Shown here: positions 27,385-42,631 of the stretch, one piece after another
Position numbering within the stretch: the first letter of the stretch is position 1
Layout: each line of letters opens with the position of its first letter
Source: Ylistrum balloti
Taxonomy: Eukaryota
Direction of reading: 5' to 3'
Length of the DNA: 64,000 nucleotides
NCBI RefSeq assembly: GCF_031769215.1
Contig: NW_026782326.1
Coordinates: 744,001-808,000, forward strand
The notes under the pieces: model-generated
What the model saw: the letters and a program-made list of their open reading frames with translations, nothing else
Databases searched by the model: none
Told to the model about the DNA's origin: nothing
Program-made: the position numbers and the translations under genes

Positions 27385-30041
27385 TTCTTTACAGCGTTAT
27401 AGAAAGGTTACGAGGTAGGACAGCAGAAGACACAGTGTCACTTTTACGTGTAAATATTTTTATTTTGGGAATATTGATTTTAAGCATGTCTAGTTTTAAT
27501 CCAAACTAAGTGTACTTGATGTGTCTTAAATTTGAGTTAAGGTGATTGGTAGCAAATACTATGATAGAGTTGTTCCCCTTGTTATGTTTGGTCTGATCAC
27601 TGGCACGCGATTATTTCTGGTCTGAGAGAGTAGATGTGTACGTAATATAGTTAACAAAATATATTCCGCGTAGATAAGAAGCAAGTGCCTGTAGTCCGGT
27701 GTTGCACGAAATATTAAAGTTAGCATCAAAAACCGATATGTACACGTAAGTATTAATTAGTTCAGTTACATGTACACCATTAACACGGATATATTTGATG
27801 TCCATGCGGTTATCCATGAACAGCACAAAGAAGTGAGATACATTTCTTTTAAAATGTTTAGGAACAGGGAAACATATTAATATTGTTGCATCAGAAGTAT
27901 TTTTTTACAATGAATAAATTATGTGAGAGGAAAGCTCGTTATGTATATATGTGTAAAAGGAGGGAGGGGAGGGGGGGTCAACAGTTACCCGGTCCCGTCT
28001 CGTCCTGTATCACCGTCAACCCAGGTTCGATGGGTACAGCTTGTATTTTGTTTTCGAAGGAGGACAAACACTGCTAATTTAAATGTAACAATTTATTTAA
28101 CAGCAAACATTAATTAACAGGAATTATCAACAACGGCATAGGTCTATACCGACACAGAGACCCCCATCTTACACCGAACACATAAACTTATCTATCTCTA
28201 TACAAAATTACATTCCACCCAGATATAGCTTCCCACCCGATAAAATAATGAATTACGCTACCATCGCCCCGACCTACCTCAGAGGTTTTCACCCTGTGGA
28301 AGTTAATCCAACGCTCTGCACCCAAATTATTAGACATACTGCATCTTATACCCTAAAATGACAATACGAGACAGTTTGAACCAATCACAACACATCACCA
28401 GAGACAGAACACCCCTGACACGGACGAAAATGCAAGGAAAACAAGACAGGAGAACTTGCATGTGATATACATAGACCTGCGACAAAACGGGTTACAGGTG
28501 ACAGGACACAACAATGGAGAGGTCACGGGTACACAGGGTACAAACACTACAGTAGACCTGACACCTGTATAAAGCTGACTAAAATTGAAGCATTGACAGC
28601 TTTATATCATATAAAATTACACAAGATATAATGTCCCCCGCTACATATGTATATGGTCAATGAAGTCATGAAGACAGTACAGACAAGTGAATTGTCAAAT
28701 TTTCGAGGCCATCTTCCCCTTCATCAGGACAAAAATATTACATAAATTACATCACATACTTAAAACATAACACAGATACAAAGTTATAAACAAAAATCGA
28801 GAACAGATTTATGAATTTAGGTGTAGTGATAATCCCTTCAGCTGATGGATGCCGAAGGCCTTTTATAAGGACAAAAAACATCTTAAGTTGTGGTATGAAA
28901 GATGGTGATTTAGATATAAAAAAAAGTTTTATATAAATCTTGAAAGTTTGTGCACTGGAGCCTTTTAGTGTATATGTGAAAAAAATTGTATGATTAAGAT
29001 AAAGAAAATTTATTGTAAAAATCAATGTATGTATAAATGTATTTTTGATAAAAAAAACGGTTAAATGCACAAATTAGAAAAAACACAAAACAAAACAAAA
29101 ATAAAAAATATCATGTAAATAAACCCAGATTCATCAATTCGCCCACAGAAAACTTGCCCCTGCAAGCCAGATTTTCTACTTGCAGAGTAGATTTAATGAT
29201 CGGTGCCAATTTTAAATAGCAACAATATATTTTATATATCAGGAGATAACCCATGAATAATCCAGTTGTTGCTCGTTACATAAGGAAATAAGTTTCTGAA
29301 GAAGGTTATTCCAAGCTTAGAATCTTTGTAAACGTGTATATGCTCTAGTGTTAATGAAATGGCAGGTCTTGGGTAACAGACAACAGAGATTGGGATTAAG
29401 TTATAGCTAGTACTTTGGTAAGTAAACTTTGTACAATATCCCTGTCTGGTCAGATTATCTGATTTAGTCACGATGTACTCAGATTAGCTGTTATATAGTG
29501 GCTATGGTCATTAACATAAAGTTATTATTATATTAACATTTATTGAATTACAATCTGCAAGTTTGCATTTGCAGTCTTGTTATATTTTTTACATGGGGTG
29601 TGAAATTATTTGCTGAAAGTATTTTGACTGTAGGTTTCTCCATTTGATTAATTTTTAAAAATACAGTAAAATGTGTTGTAGGCTAATTCTGCACCTAATA
29701 GTATAAGGTTACAGTTTTGAGATTTTAACTTAGAAAGTGTAACATTTTTATCATAAACCTTACCTAAAAGCTTATGGAAAATCTAAGAGCATTATACTGG
29801 AGACATTATAGACCATTGATAAAAAAAATCTCAGTTATTTAATTTTCTTGTCATTCAACCTACAGTAAATGTAGAGATCAGAAATGTCTCACAGTTACAT
29901 CAACAGTCTGTGTTTGATTCTTGCTTTTAAAGCATGCATATCTGTATATACTGTTTTGTTTAAACTAAACTAGCAGAGATGCTTTCATGATAAAAATGCT
30001 TGTTTCAAATGTTGGTGCTATTGAATACGTCTGGAATATGA

Positions 30042-30578
<537 letters not shown>

Positions 30579-31216
30579 GTGGGAAGAAAACCACTATTAA
30601 CTTTTTTTTTCTTCATAAGCAGATTTTTAAAAAATTTGGAAAACACCTTGGAGTAATAAACCATAAAAAATGCACAGCCTGCATTAAATTAATTACATTA
30701 CTTTGTAGATTGTGATTGTCTGGAACTCAGGAAAACATTAGCAAAACCAAATGATGTGAACAAAAGGGGAGATAACTTGTCCTACTGAGGAAAAATCAAC
30801 ATCTGTAAGTGTATTGACTAATAAGAATTAGGAATTAAATTGTCTTTGTAGGTAATGTAGGTTTTGGAATACACCATTCATAACCACTGCTTAATGTATT
30901 TGGAAGTCTCAGTCTCACTTCGATTCATTCGAGTAAAGAAAAAATTGATCAAGATAAAGAATTGAGGTAATTGTGGTCATTATTTGTGAGTTCTCTTCAC
31001 TCTCTCCTTTTCAGGTTTAATATGGTCACCATGGTTCTGGATTTAAGTGATATATTAACTTCAGATTATCATGATGCAAGCTGAAGTACTGTTCTGCTAA
31101 GTGATGGATCGTTGATAAATCTCTAAGGACTATTCCTTCTCACTGAGGGAAACTGTTTGTCAATCTCATGTAAACTTTGAAGTTTGGAGTCTTTGAAAAA
31201 CTATTTGAAGTGAAAC

Positions 31217-34200
31217 ATGTCAACTATGAAAACATTTCAAAGAAAACTTTTGAAAATATGGAGACACGGACATTTCCTAAATATGAATAGGTCAGCATTG
31301 TGTTTGACTTCAAGGCAAAATGTGACTATTGTCAACGCACTGGTCAGTTCTCATTGTGATTTAACGGTAAGAGGCTACTGTTCTGAAAACAAGAGACCTA
31401 AACTGGTAATCCTCGGGTCAGGATGGGGCAGTTATTCTGTCATAAAGTCCATTGACAAGAAGAAGTTTGATGTCATAGTGGTGAGTCCACGTAACCACTT
31501 CCTGTTCACACCACTCCTGGCAAGTACCACAGTCGGGACATTGGAGTTCAGGTACAAAATTTAACAAAAAAAATTTAAGAAAAGCACTCAAACTCTAATC
31601 TTTGAAAAGTGATGAAAATGTTAGTTGTCAAACTTGATAAATTTACATTGTAAATTCAATGCATTGAATTACTTCATTATTTTTAGTGTAATATGTTTGG
31701 TCCATTCTAATTGATTTCTTTGCATTTCACTAGATAATCTTGTAAATCTTTACTTGATTGTTTCTGTTTTCAAAGTATAATGTTGATTGTTGGACAGATG
31801 TTTGTATCAGATGCTGATAATTTATTGTGAGGAATTTTTCTTTTTCTCAGCCTTTAAAATTAAGAAATATTAGTGTGAAAATATAATGAATGCTGCATTT
31901 TCAGATCGATAATTGAACCGGTGAGAAATACAGGATTCCGCCAGACAGACCACTTTCATTTGTCATATGCCCAGAGTTTAGATATGAAGAATAAACAGAT
32001 AACATGTGAGAGTGTTCTAGATCCTAGCCTCAAATACACTCTGGATTATGACAAGCTTGTGATAGGTGTTGGAGCACTCAGCAACACATTCAACATACCA
32101 GGAGTCAAGGAAAATTCCTTCTTCCTCAAGGTACATTTAGTAGTTTCAATAAGTAAATCATACATGTATTTTCCGCAATTAATGTTCTACTTGTGCGTAT
32201 GTAGTGTCATCCTCGATACTCTACGGGAAATGATCACTTTCACTTCTGAAGGGATTGTTAGTGATTGTAATGCATGGAATTTCCAGAACAGTTTAGTGTA
32301 TGTTTTAAAGATATATATGTAAGAGTTGTTTCCCTTGATAGTGTAATGTTCTATTACTACTGATCCTCAGATTTGTTTTGAGAATTAATGTAGTTCATTA
32401 TAATTAACATGTTTTTAATTTTTTTCATTCATGACTAGTTTGTTTATCATTAGTATGGTCAATTCACATTGGTAAACAAATGTAAACATCATACCTGGGG
32501 ATATGTATATAACATTTAACATAGGTCTCTGGTCAGACTGACAAATGATCATTTCTAGACCTACAATTATAGTCTGTGATGATGAAAATTATTATTGTAA
32601 GACATTTTCTCAGCTGTTAATTTATCTGCGTCTGCATAAATTACACAGGTAATTAATTATGTTTTGTTTTAGTTGCAGGACATAATAAGACCTTCACACA
32701 ATGTCTGTGGTTTCATGATAAATATACTGCTATATAGCCAGATGTTAGGTTAGATAAATTAAACGATTGAATCTCTGTATCTATAATCAATTATTTTGTT
32801 TTCATGTACATACCTGTTTCGCAAATACATGTATCATATACACGTATGTCAAAAATCATAAGTGTGCAGGAGATTTATGTAGCTAAATGTCTGAAGGATA
32901 TCTAGTGTAAATTTCCCAAACACATCAATTTACACATTTGCAGTAACTACGATTAGTCTATGTTATATATTTTTGCTAAATTTTTGTTTAATAATTATTG
33001 ATAATACCGATATCTAAACTTATTGTTATGAATTTAGGAGGTAGCAGATGCCAGAAAGATACGGAACCGGATTCTGTCCAACTTTGAGTTGTCTTTACAA
33101 CCTGGTATAAGCTATGAGGAGGCTAAGCGACTCTTACACTTTGTCATAGTTGGAGGTGGGCCAACAGGGGTGGAATTTGGAGCAGAGTTGTATGACTTTG
33201 TGGAACAGGTAACAAAGAACTGCTAGTTAAACACTGGCAATAGATTTGCCCCATTAATATTTTATAACAAGATTAGTGTTTTAAGGCAGTTATTTGTCTA
33301 TCTGGCCAGCATCCTCTTTTCCCTCTAAATGGCTTTTTCTCAGTAACCAAAAGATTGTCATGATATTAGGCGAGTAGCATGTTGGGCTACCAAGACTGCT
33401 AAAATGGATACCCCTGAACCACTTCTTTGATTGCATGGATCAAATGTGTTAAAATATTTTGAACAGCTTCTTCTCAATAACCAAGATATCCTCGTTCATG
33501 ATACTCATCTTTAAACTGCTTCTTCTTAATAACTAAAAGGGCCAGTTTTATAATGCATGCTGGGATAGATCCTTAGAGAGTTAGCATTTGTGTTAAAATG
33601 AAAGACCTTGACCAACATTCAATATCACGGACTGAGGTAAAATATTTTGCAAACATTGAACAACTTCTTCTCAATAACCAAAATACTAAGGGGCATGAAT
33701 AAGCATGTTTAGATGAAGCCCTACCAAGTTTGTTCAAGTGAATGACCTTGACACACTTTCAGAGTCATTGGCATGAAATAGTTGAAATTTTTAAACAATA
33801 TCTCCAGAACTAAAAGGCCCAGTGTAATGACATTTTGCTGATAATATGCTGGGGTGAAGGGCTTCCAAGTTATCAAAACAATTGTATCACTGTCCAGGTC
33901 AAAAGGGTCAAATGAATAAAAATCTTTAGAATACTTCTTTCTAATTGTATTATAGCATGCTTGGAGAATGGGCATTCAAGCTGTCAGAAGTTTACTTCAA
34001 ATGTGAGAATCTTGAACTTGTACAACTTATCAGTTCAAGATTCTCAAATCCCAGGCCTATTGGGTCTGTTGTTTTTGATATAACTAACAAGAATATAATT
34101 AATAAGAGCTGAAGGGTATTTCAAGCATATAAATCTTATGCTATACTTCTTACACACAGATTTGGTAGTCTTAATCATACTGACACTAGAAAGTGTTTTC

Positions 34201-37200
34201 CTGAATAGCAGTTTGATTCCTCTGTATTTTAAGAGTAACGTCCCTTGTATTTTCATAATCATCTATCTTAAAAGGACATTACAGTAAAAGCATTGCCAGT
34301 GAAAATAATGTCCAGCTTGACACTATTTGTTTGGGAAACCAAAATATGTTTTACCATGATGTTTTTTTAAGGTGATGTCTTTAACCTTGATAGGCAGTTT
34401 TCTTGAAGAACAGTCAAATTCAACTTTATTTGGAGGAGTTATTGCCCTTTGTTTCGCTAACATTTTGCACATGTCAGATCTCTTCCTCAGTATTTTACTG
34501 ATCTCTTTTAAAATTGTATGTCATGATATGAAATTCTATTTTCCTGTACAGCTTTCAGATTTTACAGTTTTTGTGATAGTTATTGTCTTTTTTAATTCAG
34601 CATTTTAATTTTGGTAGGACGTGTCTAGACTGTACAAACAGAAGCAATATGAGGTCAGGGTCACACTCATTGAGTCCAACCAGATCCTTGGTGCCTTTGA
34701 TGAACGTCTCAGGAAGTATGCTGAAAAGAAGATCAAAGAGCGGAACAGGTTTACCCTGCTTCAGTCATCTGTCACTGGTAAAAGTCACTAGATATTTTTT
34801 CTTTATCATCTGTCCGAGTTTTGAAATTCATATTTGAATAAAATATCATGATAGTTCAATGAAATTAATTGAGAAGAATAATGATATTGTATGTGAAATC
34901 AAAGGACATGTAATAGAATTATAAGTCCCTGGTGAATTGAAAAAGTCTAAGGAAGAGGAAATATCAAGATTGTATTGAAAATCACCAAAATATGACTGTA
35001 TAACACGATGATAAAATTGTATGATTTACAGAAGTCAAGGCAGACAGAGTAATACTGAAGGACGGCAGTACACTTCCCTGTGGTCTAGTGGTCTGGAGTA
35101 CTGGTGTGGCTCCAAGACAATTTGTACAGTCAATGGACGTCCCTAAAAATAAACAGGGACAGGTAGGTTACTAGACTGTATGTAGAGTCAATAGACGTCC
35201 CTAAAAATAAACAGGGACAGGAAGGTAACTAGACTGTATGTAGGGTCAACAGATGTCCCTAAAAATAAACAGGGACAGTAAGGTTACTATACTGTATGTA
35301 GGGTCAACAGATGTCCCTAAAAATAAACAGGGACAGGTAGGTTACTAGACTGTATATAGAGTCAGTGAACGTCCCTAAAAATAAACAGGGACAGGAAGGT
35401 AACTAGACTGTATGTAGGGTCAACAGATGTCCCTAAAAATAAACAGGGACAGGTAGGTAACTAGACTGTATGTAGGGTCATTAGATTTCCCTAAAAATAA
35501 ACAGGGACAGGTAGGTTACTAGACTGTATGTAGAGTTAATAGACGTCCCTTAAAAAAACAGGGACAGGTAGGTAACTAGACTGTATGTAGGGTCAACAGA
35601 TGTCCCTAAAAATAAACAGGGACAGGAAGGTAACTAGACTGTATGTAGAGTCAATAGACATCCCTAAAAATAAACAGTGACAGGTAGGTAACTAGACTGT
35701 ATGTAGGGTCAACAGATTTCCCTAAAAATAAACAGGGACAGGTAGGTTACTAGACTGTATGTAGAGTTAATAGACGTCCCTTAAAAAAAACAGGGACAGG
35801 TAGGTAACTAGACTGTATGTAGGGTCAACAGATGTCCCTAAAAATAAACAGGGACAGGAAGGTAACTAGACTGTATGTAGGGTCAACAGATTTCCCTAAA
35901 AATAAACAGGGACAGGTAGGTTACTAGACTGTATGTAGAGTTAATAGACGTCCCTTAAAAAAAACAGGGACGGGTTGGTTCTTCGGTGTCACAGCTTTTC
36001 TATTGACTACTAATTAGAGTAAAACAGACCAAGTAGAAATTTTATATGATAGTATTTCAGTCTGTTATGAAGAGACACTTATGATTACATTCCCAAACTG
36101 CCAGTCATAGTTGATAATTAGTTATGTAGTTATGTTATGGAGCTGTACCATGTTTCTTTGTGTTTATGGAAGTACTTTTTTTTCATTTTATAAGATTCTG
36201 ACAGATGAATACCTGAATGTATTGGGTGATTCTAGTGGGAGTGTGTTTGCCCTCGGTGACTGTGCTGATATAGAGACCATGCCCCTCCCTTGTACAGCCC
36301 AGGTAAGTTATCAAACATTTCATGCTTCTGCTATGAGATAATTATGACATAATCGTTTGACAAGTAAATTGTGAAATGTTAAGATTTTAGGGTCATTAAT
36401 TAAAGTTCAAGACCATTGTTTCGATGGAAGATGTTCTACAGGTTTCTTTTACAGTTGATTCAAGTATAAAAGTTTTCAGTTCACAAATACCTCTGAAGAT
36501 TATACATGTTAGAATTGTTTTTAGAAAACTCCGTAATTTCTCTACTGACTTTATTTTGATGGCATGACAACCTGTGAATGTGTTAAACTACACCCTGACT
36601 TTGGAAGTACGTGGTCATTTGTTAATTGTATAAAACTTCTCATATTGATATCAATATACCAGAGAGCATCAGGTGTCCTATACTTTTCTGCCTTCAAAAT
36701 CAATTTTAGTGCAAAGATGCAGTCATTCTATTTAGTTGGTAGTTTTGGCAGTAACTAAGAACTGGACCAGGATGTGGTTTACTTACTAGGAAACAAGTGT
36801 GATACAAAGGATCCTTTTTAAATCTTCAGCATTAAGCTATAAAAATCAGACCCTTTCTTAACTTCAAAAATTTGAGAAATATTGGTTATTTTTTATCCAA
36901 CATGTTTTTACCTGACCATGAATATAATTTGAATTATTCAAATACTTTATATAAGATTAGTGGGGTTATATGACTTTACTTAATTTCAAATGTAGGTTGC
37001 TGAGAGAGAAGGAAGGTACTTAGCAAATCAGCTAGCTAAATCTGATCCCAAATCTGAGCCATTCAAGTTCCAGAGTATGGGAATGCTGGCCTACATAGGT
37101 CGGTACCAAGGTCTCACAGATGTTCCACAGGTCAAAATGCAAGGTAGGAACTCCTACAATTTTCATACTTGTTTTTATGATCAGGATTTCATTTAGAGAT

Positions 37201-37523
37201 GGAATTTTGTTTAGTCTTTAGAAAACTTGGCTACTTGCTATACAACTGAGAGATTCAATAAATGGCAGATGCTTTGTCAGCGTGAAGTTATTTTTTATAT
37301 GTGTCTTGATTGAAAGAAAATATTCGATGTTTGAAATTGATGATAATATTTACAGTAATACTTCAAAAATATATGTTTTGTTATGATTTTAGGGTTTACC
37401 TCTTGGCTACTGTGGCGTTCAGCCTATCTCACTCGTCTGGGAAGCTGGAGACTAAGGATGCAAGTACCACTGGATTGGTTAAAGACAATTCTCTATGGAC
37501 GTGATGTGTCACGTTTTGAATGA
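31217..37523 (+). CDS. Type II (alternative) NADH:quinone oxidoreductase, NDH-2/NDI1-like, 8 exons, 469 aa
   Basis: Exons 31217-31551, 31905-32130, 33038-33208, 34618-34777, 35032-35162, 36195-36302, 36996-37143, 37393-37523; phase-compatible, 1410 nt. Motifs: [86 protein letters not shown] and GRD. The N-terminus is an Arg/Lys-rich presequence-like stretch. Confidence 0.93.
35125..35975. repeat. 58-bp minisatellite, about 14.5 copies, spanning the NDH-2 exon 5 donor
   Basis: Unit gtccctaaaaataaacagggacaggtaggttactagactgtatgtagagtcaatagac. The first copy is the exon end plus the GT at 35163. Confidence 0.95.
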
Positions 37524-39436
37524 GTGTATATTAGAATGTCATCAAGACTATTCTGTACAAATGCTGTGTCTGGATATGATTTAGGACTGTATGAAGAATT
37601 ATTAGATAATTATTGGTATCAGATAGAGGATGATCCTGTTTCTTCAAATTTTAATTTGAACAAACTTGAGTGATTGGAATTTCACTTTTTAAAATTTTTG
37701 CTTATTTCATCTACATTTGAATTTATTTCAAAAAATTGTTACTTTATGTAACATTGTAGGATTTTTTATTGTTTCAGTGATCGATATGTTGAGTGAGAGT
37801 AGTAGTAGTGTCATAATTGATCAAACGTGTACAGTAGATAGTCTTTTGGGCTGTGGTAATATTCTAATCTCCTTATAATTTATTGATACTGTGCATGATC
37901 TAGTTCGCTGATAAAAATTACTTGTCAATTACATGTGTTGTTGTAACTCCAGTTATCTCTCTGTAGGATGACTTTTTCTACAAAATTTTAAAAGCCATAC
38001 TGTTCTTTGCTTAGATGACTATCCATTGTTGATCTTTTGATATTGTATATTTTTAGTCTTTGATACAGATATATTCTTATACATGTTACGGGTTCTGTCG
38101 GGAGTTTTTTGCTCTGCCATCATGCATATGAATTCCTTACAACTACATATTGACAAGACTAGATATATTTTGGTTACATACATACACCGGTGCAACAATT
38201 TCTGATCTTATACCAAATGTTTTAAAGTCCCCTACAGGTGGAAACGGGGAGTTTTAGTTATTCTCCCTGTCCGTCCCTGCATCTGTGAATGTAATATCAG
38301 CGCTCCAACAGCTCCATCAAACTTAACACACTTCTAAATTATCAAATTATCTTGGACAAATTTCACTATTTTCTGGAAATTTATAAAACATCACAATGAA
38401 ATAGCTTGTTGGGGCAGGTAGGGGAAATGTATTGCTTCAGCAACACTTGATGAGCTTGTTTTTAACTAAAATCTATAAAAGCTACATGATTTTATTTACT
38501 GTGATATATATGCCTCATTTCCTTCAAATGAAGAATGTCTGGAACAAAGACATTCAATTAATTTGACTGGTAGTTTGCCTTTGACTGAAATTTGAAATGA
38601 AGAATTCTGTCGATAATAAAGAAATTTAATGAATTTGATTGGAACTTTGCTTTGCTTTTGAAAGAAATTTCAAATGAAGAATGTCTGTCCATAATAAAGA
38701 AATTTAATGAATTTGACTGGAAGTTTGCTTTTGACTGAAATTTTCGACATGGACATATGAATATCAACTTGTTTCCCCATTGCTTGTTAGATGTTTTAAG
38801 AGCAAATCCTATTGAATAGAAGTTTTTGTACCACAACCAGTTAAAATTATGTGTGATGTTATGAAGTCTTCACTGTTACCTTCATCAGTAAAAAATTATC
38901 AGTATCAAGTGTGTCTGTGTGTGGCTTTTTCAAATAAACCAATACTTTGTCATTTCCCTTCACAGGATGGGTGTCTAGTAAGCACATATCATCAATGATT
39001 TCTTCCTTGTATGAGAATTTGGTGGTATTTACTGTATTGATCTAAGCATTCTAATATTAGTTTTTGTTGCCCTTCTTTAATTATCTCTAATATGTTGTCA
39101 ACAGATCATTGCCTCGGCATTGGCGAAAGGTTGTGCTCTTTAGCAAAGATCTATCTATCTCCAAGCAGCTGCGAGTGATACTGAATGCTTTGTCAGTAGA
39201 CTTCTTGGTAAAAAGAGACACAACATTGTGTGAAATGAATTCTAGATTCTTTTGACATACTTTCCGCCCGACCTTTTAAGTTTTGACATGATGGTGATTT
39301 CCAAACTCAGGTCCTTGAATGCCTGGAACCAAGGAGACCAGTGTAGTTCACAATGGTGTGCAATGTGTTTCCCTGTTTGTGGTTGTTGTGTGTGCAGTAG
39401 TTTCTAGGGGGAACACTTTCCACATATCTCACTCAG

Positions 39437-40880
39437 TTCATAGTCAAATTCCGACTAAATCTGTCATAACTCTGAGTCAAATTCCGACTAAATCTGTCAT
39501 AACTCTGAGTCAAATTCAGTCATAATCTGTCATAACTCTGAGTCAAATTCAGTCTAAATCTGCCATAACTCCGAGTCAAATTCAGTCATAATCTGTCATA
39601 ACTCTGAGTCAAATTCCGACTAAATCTGTCATAACTCTGAGTCAAATTCAGTCATAATCTGTCATAACTTCTGAGTCAAATTCCGACTAAATCTGTCATA
39701 ACTTCTGAGTCAAATTCCGACTAAATCTGTCATAACTTCTGAGTCAAATTCCGACTAAATCTGTCATAACTCTGATTCAAATTCAGTCTAAATCTGTCAT
39801 AACTAAGAGTCAAATTTAGTCTAAATCTGTCATAATTCAGAGTCAAATTCAGTCTAAATCTCATAACTCTGAGTCAAATTCAGTCTAAATCTTTCATAAG
39901 AAGTCAAATTCTAAATCTGTCATTCAGTCTAAATCTGTCATAATTCCAATTCATATTCAGTCTAAATCTTTCATAACTCTGAGTCAAATTCAGTCTAAAT
40001 CTTTCATAACTCGAAGTCAAATTCAGTCTAAATCTGTCATTACTCTTAAGTCAAATTCCGACTAAATCTGTCATAACTCGGGAGTCGAATTCAGTCTAAA
40101 TCTGTCATAATTCAGAGTCAAATTCAGTCTAAATCTGTCATAATTCCAATTCATATTCAGTCTAAATCTGTCATAACTCTGAGTCAAATTCAGTCTAAAT
40201 CTGTCATTACTAAGAGTCAAATTTAGTCTAAATCTGTCATAATTCAGAGTCAAATTCAGTCTAAATCTGTCATAATTCCAATTCAAATTCAGTCTAAATC
40301 TTTCATAACTCTGAGTCAAATTCAGTCTAAATCTTTCATAACTCGAAGTCAAATTCCGACTAAATCTGTCATAACTCGGAGTCGAATTCAGTCATAATCT
40401 GTCATAACTCTGAGTCAAATTCCGACTAAATCTGTCATAACTCTGAGTCAAATTCAGTCTAAATCTGTCATAACTCTGAGTCAAATTCAGTCTAAATCTG
40501 TCATAATTCCAATTCAAATTCAGTCTAAATCTTTCATAACTCTGAGTCAAATTCAGTCTAAATCTTTCATAACTCGAAGTCAAATTCAGTCTAAATCTGT
40601 CATTACTCTTAAGTCAAATTCCGACTAAATCTGTCATAACTCGGAGTCGAATTCAGTCATAATCTGTCATAACTCTGAGTCAAATTCCGACTAAATCTGT
40701 CATAACTCTGAGTCAAATTCAGTCTAAATCTGTCATAATTCCAATTCAAATTCAGTCTAAATCTTTCATAACTCGAAGTCAAATTCCGACTAAATCTGTC
40801 ATAACTTGGAGTCGAATTCAGTCATAATCTGTCATAACTCTGAGAAAAAATTTGGTCTTAATCTGTCATAACTGTGACTG
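39437..40880. repeat. 33-bp satellite, about 43 copies, with block-level duplications
   Basis: Unit tctgagtcaaattcagtctaaatctgtcataac with recurring variants (ccgacta, ttccaatt, tcgaag). Confidence 0.95.
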
Positions 40881-41695
40881 ATCTTAGTTTGTGAATTAAA
40901 TGATCCCTCCTAACAGACCTGCCCTCTATATCAAAATAAAGTGGAATATACAAAACCTTGGGATAACAAACCAATTTATCCTCAGAGCTTAGATAAAAGT
41001 CTCGCAAGTGACATCTTGTTCTTACACTAAATGTGTACAATAACATCAGAGAATAAATGACAGACCTCTTATTTATAAGTAAAAAGTTATGAAATAATCA
41101 CATTTTATTAAATAAATGCTGTTTTACACCATGACACAATTGGATTAGTTATGTATTTCCAAAACAACGTTTGGACTACTCACTGACATCTGTAAGTTTT
41201 AAGATCGCTGCCTTACTTAGATCTCTCATGCTACTGATAGAACCTACATATCGATGAGCATTAACAATAACCAGGGTTACACACACACATATACAATATA
41301 ACTAGGAATGTACAGCTCTCTCCAGCAACAAATCCTTTCACAACATTATGCATCAATCTCTTTTCTCAAAATATAGCATAATTAGTGAAACTGACACAAG
41401 ATCTTTAAATTTGCTAAGTTCAAGGGCTCGGGAAAGAACTTGTTGACTGGATCCATATAAAATCTTGACCTGCATCTTCATGTTTCCCCAGTGCTACCTG
41501 CTTAAAATGATATATTCTATTTCCTAGAGGAATTAAAATGATAGCTGGTATATCCTAATAACTTAACGAGGTGTTTAGAGGATGCTGATCTACAAACCAA
41601 ATTCCAGTTTAATTTTTTTGCTTTAGTCAAAGATGTATAGGCTGAAACCAAATTAGGAACACTATTACCAAAATCCATTTCATGCCAAGGGATAT

Positions 41696-42631
41696 AACAA
41701 GAGGCCTAGCAGCCTTGACAGTCACCTGAGATAATGATATTTAATATAAAGGTTAAAAGAGAAGTTGCTTTCAAATGTCATGAAAAAGAAATTGTGACAA
41801 TGAATATAATCAACCAGTGTCAATACCTGCATACCATCAAAACTGTCATCCTATACTAATCATTCACACAAAGTTCTTTCCAGTGGGAAATAAACAATGT
41901 CATACTCAAAAATGCAATTTTTCTATGAAAATAACAGTAAAGTTAACTTCCTCCCAAGGAAGAAATGAGATCCACTTGGTAATAAAAACACCTTAAGATG
42001 CTTCCCTTCATACAGAGCATTTGATTCTACAATATATGGGTGTGGAGAAGATGCTTGAAATTTAAGTCAATTTTACCTCTTTTGGCCCTGCCCATCAGCC
42101 CCAGCCCGAGGGTTATTCAGTTTGAATATGGGCATACATCAAACTGTCAGTCCTCGCTCATAATTCTAACCAAGATTGAAATATTTCCAATAGAAATAAA
42201 ACAAATTATGCTCAAAAATCTATTTTTTGCTATTTATTAACTACAGTAAACTTTACCCCCTCCCAAGGGGGAAACGTGAGACCTATGGATCATTAAATCC
42301 ACAATTTTGTCAAAGCACTTTAGGATGCTTCCATCCATGAAGAGTACTTGATTCTACCATATCTGAGTGTTGAGAAGAAGATTTTTGAAACTGAAGTTAA
42401 TTTTACCCCTTTTGGCCCTACCCTTCAGGTCCCTGTGGGTAGGGGACTGTGCAATTCACTATTTTGGTTCATCTTAGGCCAGAGGTGGTTTCTGCAAAAT
42501 TTCATTGAAATATGTTTTTGAGAAGAAGTCAAAAATGTTAATTATAAAATTGTTTACAGATGTGCGACGCTAGACAAAGGTGATTGCAATAGGTCACCAT
42601 GAGACTTTGTCTAATGATCAGGTGACCTAAT
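41696..42631 (+). mobile_element. Non-autonomous Helentron/HINE-like element
   Basis: Starts aacaagagg, with subterminal gtcacctgag at 41721 and the inverted tcaggtgac at 42618. Internal tgagaagaagattttt motifs are present. The termini match those of three other elements in the window. Confidence 0.6.

Noticed and set aside
28836-28863. Second hammerhead (ccttcagctgatggatgccgaagg)
   Set aside because: It is a hairpin only; the CUGANGA and GAAA cores are incomplete.
31217-37523. Bacterial or fungal contamination as the source of NDH-2
   Set aside because: Seven GT-AG introns carry host-type repeats, and the sequence is continuous with neighbouring metazoan genes.
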